Source: an uncultured Candidatus Saccharibacteria bacterium (GTDB lineage: Bacteria; Patescibacteriota; Minisyncoccia; UBA6257; Colwellbacteraceae). Taken from it: DNA of 64,000 bases. Positions 45,496-54,957 of this stretch are shown here, one piece after another; positions within the stretch are counted from its first letter, which is position 1, and every line of letters begins with the position of its first letter. Both the position numbers and the translations under genes were made by a program. The stretch is from the NCBI GenBank assembly GCA_964609135.1, contig CAZSQQ010000001.1, positions 56,673-120,672 of the forward strand, given 5' to 3'. The notes under the pieces are model-generated. The model saw nothing but the letters and a program-made list of their open reading frames with translations, made no database searches and was not told the DNA's origin.

Positions 45496-46674
45496 TTAAA
45501 CCCTGCTCATGACTACAGTTTGATTTTTTATTCTTGAAGTAAGTATTCGCAGAAACTTTAATGGGCAACTTTCTACGAAACTTCTAAATAGCCACGCTTC
45601 TTTATCTTCTAGAACTTTGTCTAGATACTCTGGTTGATACCTCACAAGTTCACTCATAAAAAACATGGTGAGATAAATAACTATATCTTCATGTATTGGA
45701 AATCTCTGATCATCAATAATCATAGGAAGGGTGATATCGAAAGAAGTATTATCTAGCAAATACTTTGGTTCTATTGATGAGTCAAATATCTCTTTTAGTA
45801 TCTTCCAACAATTTATCACTCCGTAGTTAGTCGCCTCCAGAGAAGGATAAGAATCTAAAGATATTACCTTATCTTCCTTAAATTGATAAAAATCTAATTC
45901 TAGCCATTCCATTCTATTAAATTGGAATATATCGCGAAAGGCTAGGTCAGCTTTTGTCGGCATAGATACAAACTCAAAATATTCATCAAATTTTTTAAAA
46001 TTCTCATCCAAGATGGTTTTAGTAATGTCTTTCGGGATAGCTAGAACTGACCAAGCCCTTTTCGTATCCTTATCAAAACAAATACGATGAATTACTGAGC
46101 CTATATTTAGATCTCCGAATTTACACTCTAAGTATTGGTACGAAATTTCTATATTATAACTAAATAGGTCTACTACCTTAAATTTCTTCGGCGGTTCTAT
46201 TTGGAAAACTTCTTTGTAAAATAAATAAAATACTTGATTGTCCCCGTGATTAACATCAAGATACTTGTTAATCAAATCACTTACAAATTGATCTTTACTG
46301 TAATAAATGCCGTGAGATACTTTATCTTGTAGGCTAGGATTTTTTAACAAGATAAACGCCTTAACTAAATTTAAGAAAGAGTAATAATAAAGAAGGGAAG
46401 AAGAGCGAAAGTTAGTTTTGGTTGCTACTTCCCAATAATTATTTGCTTGACGGATAAAGGCTCTAAATCTATGCCACGTATTCTCAAATAATGTTTCGGG
46501 TACATTAAACTTCGAAAACAATTCGTAGGCTGCCGACTTAACTTCTGAAACATGAATCAACAAAAGCCATAGTTCTTGTTCTATATCTAGAGAAGTACCC
46601 ATTTCTATCGTGGAAAAAGGTGGATCGTATCTCCAACTATCTATTCTTCTCAGTTGTGGTGCACCATTTGTCAT
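45496..46674 (-). CDS. YaaC-like protein
   Basis: QA..YW, LLYYYSFLNL.KA, HGI, SELVRYQP. Confidence 0.7.
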   Translation of the reverse strand: MTNGAPQLRRIDSWRYDPPFSTIEMGTSLDIEQELWLLLIHVSEVKSAAYELFSKFNVPETLFENTWHRFRAFIRQANNYWEVATKTNFRSSSLLYYYSFLNLVKAFILLKNPSLQDKVSHGIYYSKDQFVSDLINKYLDVNHGDNQVFYLFYKEVFQIEPPKKFKVVDLFSYNIEISYQYLECKFGDLNIGSVIHRICFDKDTKRAWSVLAIPKDITKTILDENFKKFDEYFEFVSMPTKADLAFRDIFQFNRMEWLELDFYQFKEDKVISLDSYPSLEATNYGVINCWKILKEIFDSSIEPKYLLDNTSFDITLPMIIDDQRFPIHEDIVIYLTMFFMSELVRYQPEYLDKVLEDKEAWLFRSFVESCPLKFLRILTSRIKNQTVVMSRV

Positions 46675-46774
46675 ATTATTCCCAAAAACTAATTTTGGTC
46701 TTTGGAGAGTTTAGTAATCTTTTCTTTTTTCTTTGCTAAAAATTCCTTCAAAACCTCCTTTGGCTCGCGGTGGA

Positions 46775-47347
46775 TCATCTTCTTCCCCTGTTATGAGTAG
46801 CAATAGAAACTATCGAGAAAATGTCTTCTCCCTCTTTTAGAGCATCTAACAACTTCTTAAACATGTAAGCTTTGGGCATATTCGTTTTCTCTTGAATCAT
46901 CAAAAGTTTTGCTAACAATATTAGAAACTCTATGCGATATTCTCCAAAATTACTAATGCCTTGATATTCCTTAATTTTATCCTTGTGTGATTCAAATAAA
47001 TTTTTGATATCTAATGCTATTCCCCGTTCTTTTTCACTATTAACAGGCGAGGTTTCATTCCAAATTTCTATCAAAAAATCCAAAAATTTCTTAATCTTCA
47101 CCTGTTTTGAATTCATCTTAATAAGAAGATCTACTGCCCAGTGAATATGCTTAGGAGTTCTAATATTAGACCAGCCTCCATTTTTCTTAACTTGTCGATA
47201 TTTTATCAAAATATCAAATTTACTTAGTTTACCTTGATATACGCCCACAATTATCTTCGGTTCTGGTTCAAGAATCGTGATGGGCTCAAAAACGCTTCCG
47301 TCTTTATTGAAGGTCATCCACTTCTTTATATCTTCTGGTCTTTCCAT
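46775..47347 (-). CDS. Hypothetical protein coupled to the methyltransferase (possible restriction nuclease)
   Basis: Starts 1 nt after the MTase stop; no recognisable motif. Confidence 0.65.
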   Translation of the reverse strand: MERPEDIKKWMTFNKDGSVFEPITILEPEPKIIVGVYQGKLSKFDILIKYRQVKKNGGWSNIRTPKHIHWAVDLLIKMNSKQVKIKKFLDFLIEIWNETSPVNSEKERGIALDIKNLFESHKDKIKEYQGISNFGEYRIEFLILLAKLLMIQEKTNMPKAYMFKKLLDALKEGEDIFSIVSIATHNRGRR

Positions 47348-47348
47348 T

Positions 47349-48191
47349 TCAAAACAATTTCGGGTTCGATTTTAGATCCTTAAATCTTTTTATCGATAGG
47401 TTTAAATATTTTTTCTCTGTATCTATTCCAATGAACTTTCGATCATTTAAAACAGCCGCCAATCCAGTTGTAGAACTGCCAGTGAAGGGATCCAGTATTA
47501 AATCTCCTTTCTTTGTACTAGCTAAAATTATTCTATTCAATAAATCAATAGGTTTTTGAGTAGGATGTTTACCAAATTTCTTTTCTCCGTTTTTTGGAGT
47601 ACCGATAACCCAAACTGATCTCATTTGCTTTCCTGGCTTTTTAATGAAATCTTTCAAATGCCAATTACCTTCCTTAATTAATTTGTAATTAAATGTATGT
47701 TTCGCTTTTTTATCCTTTCTCGCCCATATTAAAGTTTCGTGACTGGCAGTAAAATAGCGACCGCTCAGATTAGGTGACGCATTCGGTTTAAACCAAGATA
47801 TATCGTTCAAAATATGATATCCCAAAGCCTGTAATGCGTACCCACACTGATATATTGAATGATAAGTCCCGCTCACCCAAAGAGTACCACTTGGTTTAAG
47901 AACTCTTTTGCACGCTTTAAGCCAACTATAATGAAAATCATAATCATCTTTAAAGCCTTTACTTTTATCCCAATCTCCTTTGTTAACACTAACTCTTCGA
48001 CCCGCATGCACGGTAAAACCACCGTTGGAAAGATTGTAGGGGGGATCCGCAAAAATCATATCAATTGAATTCTCTGGTATTTTCTCTAAAAGCTTTAGGC
48101 TATCGCCATGATATAAAACAAAATCTCCTTGAATGGAGTAAGGTTTTTGCTTGATTGAGGATAGTATTTTCTTATCTGTTTGGATCATCAA
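47349..48191 (-). CDS. Amino-DNA methyltransferase, beta class (DpnA-like N6A/N4C)
   Basis: DPPY precedes HPTQKP and LDPFTGSSTT. Confidence 0.93.
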   Translation of the reverse strand: MMIQTDKKILSSIKQKPYSIQGDFVLYHGDSLKLLEKIPENSIDMIFADPPYNLSNGGFTVHAGRRVSVNKGDWDKSKGFKDDYDFHYSWLKACKRVLKPSGTLWVSGTYHSIYQCGYALQALGYHILNDISWFKPNASPNLSGRYFTASHETLIWARKDKKAKHTFNYKLIKEGNWHLKDFIKKPGKQMRSVWVIGTPKNGEKKFGKHPTQKPIDLLNRIILASTKKGDLILDPFTGSSTTGLAAVLNDRKFIGIDTEKKYLNLSIKRFKDLKSNPKLF

Positions 48192-48249
48192 AGATACCTA
48201 AATTATGGTCATTTTCCGGCTTAAGACAACTTCTCCACCCTCACCCCGA

Positions 48250-48299
48250 TCCTTCGACGGGGGCTTCGACTGAGCTCAGCCGAATGTCCTCAGAACAAG
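48250..48299. repeat. Composite REP-like element
   Basis: TCGACTGAGCTCAGCCGAATGTCCTC matches the reverse complement of about 59573-59598 inside uvrC. Confidence 0.8.
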
Positions 48300-48304
48300 T
48301 TAGC

Positions 48305-49537
48305 CTAAATCAGCTTCTCTATTCTAACACCAATTAACCTTATCTTTTTATTTCGAGGATTTTCTCTTTTATCCAAAAACGGCGCAAGCAACCGCAACGC
48401 CTCAAATTTCAGAGTTCCCAAGTCTGACGCTGGTTTAGCTAAAGTATGCGCCCGGGTTTTAGTCTCAAAGTCCGCGAAACGTACCTTAATCGCCACCGTC
48501 CTAAACCCCCTCAATTCGCCTATTCGCCTATTCCCGCCGGAGGCGGGCAGGCGCGCTTGTCCGCCCCTGGCGGAAATTAGAGAACGGTCCGCCAAACGAT
48601 CAATAACGCTCTCGCAAAGTTCATTCAACCGCTCAGAAATAAATCTCGCATCCTTCGTATCCTCCGAAAAAGTTTCCTCTTCTCCGATTGATTTCGCTTC
48701 ATACTCTTCTACGACCGGTGAATCATCTCTACCTCTTACTTTTTCATACAAATCCAGTCCCCATTTGCCCATCATCTTTTCCATTTCCTCTTTCGAAAAC
48801 TTTTTCATGTCGCGGACCAGTTTCACGCCCAACTTCAAAAACATTTCTTCAGTCTTCGGCCCTATCCCCGGAATCTTCCGAATATGCATAGGCTCCAAAA
48901 ACGCTTCGGCCTCTTCCTCACGCACAATAGTCAGTCCATCGGGCTTATTCATTCCCGAGGCAATCTTCGCAATCAATTTATTAGGCCCCACGCCAACCGA
49001 TACCGTGAGCTTCCGTTTTTCTTTAACTTCCTTTTTTATCTTTTTGCAAAGCTCCCTCGCTTTTTCATACCTATCATCAACCATTCGCCTATTCGCGCGA
49101 ATTAGAGAATGGTCTCCGGCAACGAAACTCAATCCTTCGGCAGACTCAGGATTGACCCTGAACAGAGTCGAAGGGGTCAAATCTGCGTAAGCTTCGTCAA
49201 CACTTGCCTGTTCAACCAGTGCAACATGTGTACGAATGATTTCCATTATCTTTTCGGATTCCTCCGCATACTTTCCCATGTTCACTCCGATGAAAACAGT
49301 CTCTGGCTCGCCCTTCCTCCTTGCAATTTCCGACAACCTCCAAGCTTCCGATATAGGCATGGCCGAATGGATCCCATACTCCCGCGCCTTATAATTCGCG
49401 GTTGAAACAACGCCTCTCCCGCGCCCATCCATCGGATCCGCCCCCACCACAACTGGCAATCCCTCAAGCCGCGGCTTATCCCGCTCCTCAATCGCGGCAA
49501 AGAAAGCGTCCATATCGAAATGAGCAACTATCCTCAT
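48305..49537 (-). CDS. dinB: DNA polymerase IV with in-frame repeat insertions
   Basis: DMDAFFA, STANY.AR, SVDEAY, AKIAS..KPDG, IPGIG, RLIGV. Confidence 0.95.
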   Translation of the reverse strand: MRIVAHFDMDAFFAAIEERDKPRLEGLPVVVGADPMDGRGRGVVSTANYKAREYGIHSAMPISEAWRLSEIARRKGEPETVFIGVNMGKYAEESEKIMEIIRTHVALVEQASVDEAYADLTPSTLFRVNPESAEGLSFVAGDHSLIRANRRMVDDRYEKARELCKKIKKEVKEKRKLTVSVGVGPNKLIAKIASGMNKPDGLTIVREEEAEAFLEPMHIRKIPGIGPKTEEMFLKLGVKLVRDMKKFSKEEMEKMMGKWGLDLYEKVRGRDDSPVVEEYEAKSIGEEETFSEDTKDARFISERLNELCESVIDRLADRSLISARGGQARLPASGGNRRIGELRGFRTVAIKVRFADFETKTRAHTLAKPASDLGTLKFEALRLLAPFLDKRENPRNKKIRLIGVRIEKLI

Positions 49538-49916
49538 GTCGAATAACCTTATACCCTAAGCAACGAGATTTATCCACTCCTCTCTATTCGCCCATTCGCG
49601 CGAATTAGAGAAGAGAAAGAATGTGACGGACAGCCGGCTTTTGGTTTGGGGCTAAGCGATAAAACATCTGTAAACTCTTCTGATCTCTTTCCACAATATC
49701 AAGAGAATCTAGAATCCTAAGGTGCTTGGAAGTAGCCTTAAATGACAATTTAATCTCGCTGGCAATCTCCCCCACAGCGGCCTCGCGGTTCTGTTTCAGA
49801 TACTTCAAAATTGCCAAACGTCGCCTGTTGGCCAGAGCCTTTAGAACCCTCTCCAATTCTTTCATGTTGCTGCTTTTATTGTATCACACTATTCGCCTAT
49901 TCGCGCGAATTAGAGA
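48522..49916. repeat. Four copies of ATTCGCCYATTCGCGCGAATTAGAGA
   Basis: 48522-48584 (interrupted by two hairpins), 49083-49109, 49586-49612, 49891-49916. Confidence 0.85.
49605..49865 (-). CDS. ArsR family regulator
   Basis: KALANRRRL.I, ATSKHLRIL. Confidence 0.9.
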   Translation of the reverse strand: MKELERVLKALANRRRLAILKYLKQNREAAVGEIASEIKLSFKATSKHLRILDSLDIVERDQKSLQMFYRLAPNQKPAVRHILSLL

Positions 49917-50019
49917 CATAAGGAAATCGAGGAAACGCTTGCCAAAAGTTCAAGCGGGCTATAAGGTAAACCTAATCCAACCCTGACAGATCTTCGACAA
50001 AAACGAAAGGACAAAACAT

Positions 50020-50595
50020 ATGGGAAAGGTTCGGCATGGCACGATCGAACTCATCGTGGGCGGCATGTACTCGGGGAAGAGCGAAGAGCTTATCCGCCGA
50101 GTCGAAAGGGTCTTGATTGCCAAGCGCGCGGTGCAGGTCTTCAAACCGTCGATCGTCCCGGGTGAAGGGGAGGTTGTAGCCCACAACGGCAGGTCGGCGG
50201 CGGCGATCGCAGTCACGAGTCCTGAGGAGCTTATTCAACTACTCAAGCCCGAGACCGCGACCGTTGCAATCGACGAAATCCAGTTCTTCGACTATCGCAT
50301 CGTGAATGCCGTCCGCGCAATCGCAAAGCAAGGGCGGCGCGTCATCTGCGCTGGTCTTGACCTCGACTTCCGCGGAGAACCCTTCGGCTCGGTGCCGGAA
50401 CTCTTGGCCGTCGCGCAGGAGGTCATGAAGCTCACGGCCATCTGTGTCGTCTGCGGAGAACCCGCTACCATGAGCCAGCGGCTCGTGGACGGGAATCCCG
50501 CGAAGTGGGACGACCCAACGGTCGTAATCGGCGCCGAAGAGAAGTATGAAGCGCGCTGCCCTGAGTGCCACGAGATCGAACGACCGGTACCATAG
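50020..50595 (+). CDS. tdk: Thymidine kinase (type II)
   Basis: GGMYSGKSEEL, IDEIQF, AGLDLDFRGEPF, CVVC, YEARC..CH. Confidence 0.93.
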   Translation: MGKVRHGTIELIVGGMYSGKSEELIRRVERVLIAKRAVQVFKPSIVPGEGEVVAHNGRSAAAIAVTSPEELIQLLKPETATVAIDEIQFFDYRIVNAVRAIAKQGRRVICAGLDLDFRGEPFGSVPELLAVAQEVMKLTAICVVCGEPATMSQRLVDGNPAKWDDPTVVIGAEEKYEARCPECHEIERPVP

Positions 50596-50620
50596 AAAGG
50601 CCAGGTGGTACAATAAAGGC

Positions 50621-51508
50621 ATGCGACAGTACTTAGACGTCCTATCCAAAGTCATGACCGAAGGGACTGACCGCTCCGATACGGAGGAAGTTTCAACTCG
50701 CTCCACGACAGCGCAATTCATGCGCTTCAACATGCAGGACGGCTTCCCGGCAGTCACGACGAAACGGCTCGCCTTCAGAACGGCGGTCGCGGAACTTCTC
50801 TGGTTCATCTCGGGGAGTTCGAACGTAAACGAACTCCACAAATTAGGCGTTAAGATCTGGGATGGGGACGCCTATAAGCCCTCCTGGCTTCCAAAAGCGC
50901 AATTTCCCGGAGATGTCGGACGTAATTACTCCAAGCAGTGGCGCGAGTGGCTCGCGCCCGACGGCCGGCATGTGGACCAACTAGGCATAGCGATAAATCT
51001 AATCCAGGAAAAACCGTGGACGGCAAGAGCGCTCGTCTCGGCCTGGAACCCGGGCGAACTCGAAGCGACGGCGCTTCCCGCCTGCCACGTACTCTTCCAG
51101 TTCTACTCGGCCGGCGGAAAGCTCTCGCTAACCATGTACCAGAGAAGCTGCGACATGTTCCTCGGCGTCCCCTTCGACACCGCGGAATTCGCCCTGCTTC
51201 TCCACCTCGTGGCACAGATCACGAACCTCGAACCGTGGGAACTGATTCACGTTCTCGCGGAGCCGCATATCTATGAGGGGCACTTCGAGGCCGTGAAGGA
51301 ACAGCTCACGCGCGAACCATTTCCGCATCCGAAGCTCTGGCTGAATCCGGAGCTAAGGACGCTCGATCAAGTGGTCGCGAAATACCGCGAACTCCTGCAA
51401 AGGGCGGAAGGCGAAGAAAAGCCCCTGAAGCTCATGGATGAAGTGGCCCGGCTCGAGGGCTATAAGTCGCATGAACCCCTGAAGGCCGAAATGGTGGTCA
51501 TCAAATGA
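50621..51508 (+). CDS. thyA: Thymidylate synthase homologue with Asn-to-Asp specificity substitution
   Basis: ELLWF, SAWNP, ALPACH (catalytic Cys), YQRSCDMFLGVPFD, HIY. ATG at 50621 follows TGG-TACAAT. Confidence 0.9.
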   Translation: MRQYLDVLSKVMTEGTDRSDTEEVSTRSTTAQFMRFNMQDGFPAVTTKRLAFRTAVAELLWFISGSSNVNELHKLGVKIWDGDAYKPSWLPKAQFPGDVGRNYSKQWREWLAPDGRHVDQLGIAINLIQEKPWTARALVSAWNPGELEATALPACHVLFQFYSAGGKLSLTMYQRSCDMFLGVPFDTAEFALLLHLVAQITNLEPWELIHVLAEPHIYEGHFEAVKEQLTREPFPHPKLWLNPELRTLDQVVAKYRELLQRAEGEEKPLKLMDEVARLEGYKSHEPLKAEMVVIK

Positions 51509-52029
51509 TCGGACGAAGCGTGATCTCCATCGTGGCCGCGATGGACCGGAACCGCGTGATAGGGGTCGAGAACCGCCTGCCGTGGCTCATGCCAGCCGAC
51601 ATGAAGAGATTCCGAGATCTCACGATCGGGAAACCCATCCTCATGGGCCGGAAGACCTTCGAATCCATTCTCGCCTCGCTCGGGAAACCACTCCCCAACC
51701 GCCTGAACATCATTCTCACTCGTGACCAGAACTACAAGGCGCCGAACGGCTGCCGAGTGGTTCATTCTGTAGATGATGCACTCGCAATGGCCAACGGAGC
51801 GGAAGAGGTGATGGTCGCAGGCGGCGCGGACATCTTCCAGCAATTCCTTCCCTACGCCGATTCGGTCTACATGACCGAAATCGATTCTGACTTCGAGGGC
51901 GACGCCTCCTTCCCAGAGATGCCGGAGACGGAGTGGCGGCGGGTTCAGAGCGTCCGACACGAACCGGACGAGAAGAATCCTCATCCCTACTCCTTCCAGC
52001 TCTACGTTCGGAAGGAGAAGCTGAACTAG
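51505..52029 (+). CDS. folA: Dihydrofolate reductase
   Basis: IG.ENRLPW, D...F, MGRKTFES, LPNR, GGADI. Confidence 0.95.
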   Translation: MIGRSVISIVAAMDRNRVIGVENRLPWLMPADMKRFRDLTIGKPILMGRKTFESILASLGKPLPNRLNIILTRDQNYKAPNGCRVVHSVDDALAMANGAEEVMVAGGADIFQQFLPYADSVYMTEIDSDFEGDASFPEMPETEWRRVQSVRHEPDEKNPHPYSFQLYVRKEKLN

Positions 52030-52047
52030 TCCTTTCACCGCAAACGG

Positions 52048-52075
52048 GAGCCCGCACGAGTACTCGTGCGGGCTC
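52048..52075. terminator. Perfect 28-bp palindrome, probable terminator
   Basis: GAGCCCGCACGAGTACTCGTGCGGGCTC. Confidence 0.7.
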
Positions 52076-52117
52076 TTCAAATTTGTATGCCCTGATTTTT
52101 AGGATAAAATTCATAAG

Positions 52118-52555
52118 ATGACCAAGAAACTAGTCAACCTCCGATACGCCAAAGGAAGCAAATACGGAGAAACGCTAAAAGAAATAAAAACTGCAAAAGT
52201 TTGCCCCTTCTGCCCGAAAACTTTCAAGTGGCATACTAAGCCAACTCTCCGACGAACCAAAAACTGGTTAGTTACAGAAAATTTCAACTCTTACAAGAAC
52301 GCTCGCTACCATTTTCTTGTCATAAGTAAATCTCACAAGGAGGGTTTCCAAGACCTCACTCTTCCCGATTGGCGACAAATTTCAGAACTTGTCCGCTGGG
52401 CTATTCGGAAATACAAAATCAAAGGAGGTGGTTTGATCCTGCGTTTTGGAGACAGTAACTATACGGGGGCAACAGTTACACATTTGCATTTACATTTAAT
52501 AGTCCCGCAACTTAAGCGCGGCAAGGCTCTCAGGGTAGAATTCCCTATCGGATAA
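52118..52555 (+). CDS. HIT family nucleotide hydrolase
   Basis: CPFC and HLHLH triad. Confidence 0.85.
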   Translation: MTKKLVNLRYAKGSKYGETLKEIKTAKVCPFCPKTFKWHTKPTLRRTKNWLVTENFNSYKNARYHFLVISKSHKEGFQDLTLPDWRQISELVRWAIRKYKIKGGGLILRFGDSNYTGATVTHLHLHLIVPQLKRGKALRVEFPIG

Positions 52556-52556
52556 G

Positions 52557-53381
52557 TTACTTTACGAGAATTAATTTCACTCCGGCCATCCGGAACACCC
52601 GTTCAACGTTCAAGTAAGCGTTGCCGGTCTGGAAATAACATTTCTTGATTCCCGACTGAGAAATAATCTGGGCGCAAGGCACGCAAGGAAAAACATTTAT
52701 GTAGATGCTTGTTCCCTCGAGACTCAAACCCCGTCTTGCGGCTTCACCAACTAAAAGCTGTTCCACGTGAATCGAAGTTGAAAGATCTCTTTTGGTTCCA
52801 GCCTCAATGAAGTCACGGGGATTCCCTTCAATATATGAAATATGGTCGGAGGGCAAATGGTGGCTAACGTCCTCAAGAATCACTTTGCCGTCCTTAACTA
52901 TGACCGCCCCGACCTGCCGCCACCAGTCGGAACTTTTTTCGGCCTGCTTCTTCGCGAGTTCCATTATTTTCCTATCGAAATCGGAGTCGGACACTTCCGC
53001 TTCCTGCGGCAGGTTCTCCGAATAAACATTTTTTTCATCCCAGCGCAGGAAAATGTTGTCATAGAAAACTCTGTTCTTTGGGAAATATTTGTTTACGAAA
53101 TTCAGGGAAATCGCCTCGTCGGCGGTAACGATTTCCGAATCGCCTATTTCGGACAGAGATTTTTTGCCCAGAACCTTTACCGATTTGAATAAGCTAAGAG
53201 ATTCGACAAGCTTTTTTATAGTTTCCGGAGAAAGTGCACGGATTTCCTTGTGGATCCCGGAAAATTCATCGATAAAATCTTCGCCCAAAATATAGAGGAT
53301 ATCAGCGTCATTATGTTTCTTGAAAAATTCGAGATATCCCTCGTGGAGTACCGGAATATAGAGCACGATAACGCGCTTCAT
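52557..53381 (-). CDS. dCMP deaminase-like protein with extra N-terminal domain
   Basis: RQVGAVIVKDG, HVE, PCVPC, SGIK; N-terminal VLHEGY. Confidence 0.85.
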   Translation of the reverse strand: MKRVIVLYIPVLHEGYLEFFKKHNDADILYILGEDFIDEFSGIHKEIRALSPETIKKLVESLSLFKSVKVLGKKSLSEIGDSEIVTADEAISLNFVNKYFPKNRVFYDNIFLRWDEKNVYSENLPQEAEVSDSDFDRKIMELAKKQAEKSSDWWRQVGAVIVKDGKVILEDVSHHLPSDHISYIEGNPRDFIEAGTKRDLSTSIHVEQLLVGEAARRGLSLEGTSIYINVFPCVPCAQIISQSGIKKCYFQTGNAYLNVERVFRMAGVKLILVK

Positions 53382-53923
53382 TTTCTCTTTTTCAAAAGAT
53401 GATTTAAGTTCTTTTTAACCGTCTTTTGAATCAGTTTGGAAGTGGAAGTGTCCTTGGCTTGCCGCTTCAAAACCACAACTCTCTTAGAATATTTCCTGAT
53501 GTTACGAAGTTGCTTGGGCGAATAACTCGATTCCTCGGCAATGAAAACGTCGGGGCGAAGATTCCTGATAAGCCCGTACTGCCATTCCCCTTTGCCGTTT
53601 ACATCATCGAGAAGCGCCACAAAATCAACGACGGATTGATAGCTTAACATCTCGCACCGTTCTTTTTGCGGCACGACCGGTCTAAGCGGCCCCTTACTCA
53701 ATCTAACCGCACGGTCACTGTCAACACCCACAACCAGAATATCACCGTGCATCTTCGCTTCATTCAAATAGCGCACGTGACCGATATGAAGGAGATCCCA
53801 AGAACCGATTGTAACCACAATCGTGTGCTTCACCGCCTTCAGGCCATTTATTGCCTGGGTTAGGAGTTCGTAATCGTGAACGATTTTATCCGTTAGTTTC
53901 CTTTTTGGAAAAACGCCATCCAT
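53378..53923 (-). CDS. Cytidylyltransferase family protein (TagD/RfaE-II-like)
   Basis: GSWDLLHIGH, VGVDSD, STSK. Confidence 0.88.
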   Translation of the reverse strand: MDGVFPKRKLTDKIVHDYELLTQAINGLKAVKHTIVVTIGSWDLLHIGHVRYLNEAKMHGDILVVGVDSDRAVRLSKGPLRPVVPQKERCEMLSYQSVVDFVALLDDVNGKGEWQYGLIRNLRPDVFIAEESSYSPKQLRNIRKYSKRVVVLKRQAKDTSTSKLIQKTVKKNLNHLLKKRK

Positions 53924-53949
53924 AAACTTGCTCGTAATAATAACACCGG

Positions 53950-54957
53950 TCAGCCGTGTTTCACAATAACCACATCTCCATCCTGAACCTCGTATTCTTT
54001 GCCTTCGGTTCTTATTAATCCCTTCTGTTTAGCAGAAACCCAAGACCCTGTTTCCAAAAGTCTCTGCCAATTCACGACATCGAGCCTGATAAATTTGTTT
54101 TCAAAATCGGTGTGAATGACGCCGGAAGCCTGCGGAGCAGCGGTTCCCCTTTCAATCGTCCAAGCCCGAGACTCATCCTCGCCGGTCGTGAAAAAACTTA
54201 TGAGATTCAAAACCTCATAGGCTTTTCTAATCAGGGCCTCAACGCTTTCCTCGCTTCCCAAATCGGCAATAAGATAATCCGAATTAAGGGATTCAATCTT
54301 TTCTTTCAATTCGCTACTCGCATCGGATTCACTGCCGTTCAATAAATAAATCTGCGATTTGGCTGTGAGAAGATTCAATTCGGTGACAGCCGGCCCTGAG
54401 ACAACTTCTTTCCCCAAATTGAAGGCCAGAATTCCCTTATCCAAAGTTTCCTTAACTTTCTTGAGGGTTTCAAAATCATTAATCTTCTGCTTGTCTCCGG
54501 TCCGCGCCTCACCCTCCAGCTTTGAAAGTCTCTTATTAACTGTCTCCAGGTCCTTCAAAATGAGCTCGGTATTTACAATGTCTATGTCCCGCAACGGGTT
54601 AACGTCTTTCTCAACGTGAATGATCTCACCCGCAGGAAAACATCTCACAACCTGAACAATCGCCTTAACGTCCCGGATATGCGATAAGAACTGATTCCCC
54701 AATCCCTCACCTTTGTTGGCCCCCTTAACCAGTCCCGCGATATCATAAAACTCAACCACGGCTGGGATTTTCTTAGCTGACTTACTCATCTCGTTTAACT
54801 TTTCCAGCCTTTCGTCGGGAACAGAAACTACGCCAACATTAGGATCAATCGTCGCAAATGGGTAATTGGCGATATTAACTTGCTGTTTGGTTAAGGCTTT
54901 AAATAAAGTGGACTTGCCGACATTGGGAAGCCCCACGATGCCGATAGAAAGTTTCAT
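53950..54957 (-). CDS. ychF: Ribosome-binding ATPase YchF
   Basis: GLPNVGKST, NYPFATIDPN, DIAGL, GEGLGN, IHTDF, EGKEY. Confidence 0.97.
   Translation of the reverse strand: MKLSIGIVGLPNVGKSTLFKALTKQQVNIANYPFATIDPNVGVVSVPDERLEKLNEMSKSAKKIPAVVEFYDIAGLVKGANKGEGLGNQFLSHIRDVKAIVQVVRCFPAGEIIHVEKDVNPLRDIDIVNTELILKDLETVNKRLSKLEGEARTGDKQKINDFETLKKVKETLDKGILAFNLGKEVVSGPAVTELNLLTAKSQIYLLNGSESDASSELKEKIESLNSDYLIADLGSEESVEALIRKAYEVLNLISFFTTGEDESRAWTIERGTAAPQASGVIHTDFENKFIRLDVVNWQRLLETGSWVSAKQKGLIRTEGKEYEVQDGDVVIVKHG

Noticed and set aside
46690-46774. Intergenic HREPKEVLKEFL... resembling a type I HsdM C-terminus
   Set aside because: Too short to support without a search
48522-49916. Four 26-bp repeats as a CRISPR array
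   Set aside because: Spacing is irregular at 300-560 bp and two copies lie inside a CDS
50239-52114. Long antisense ORFs over tdk, thyA and folA
   Set aside because: Expected shadows of GC-rich coding sequence, with no motifs
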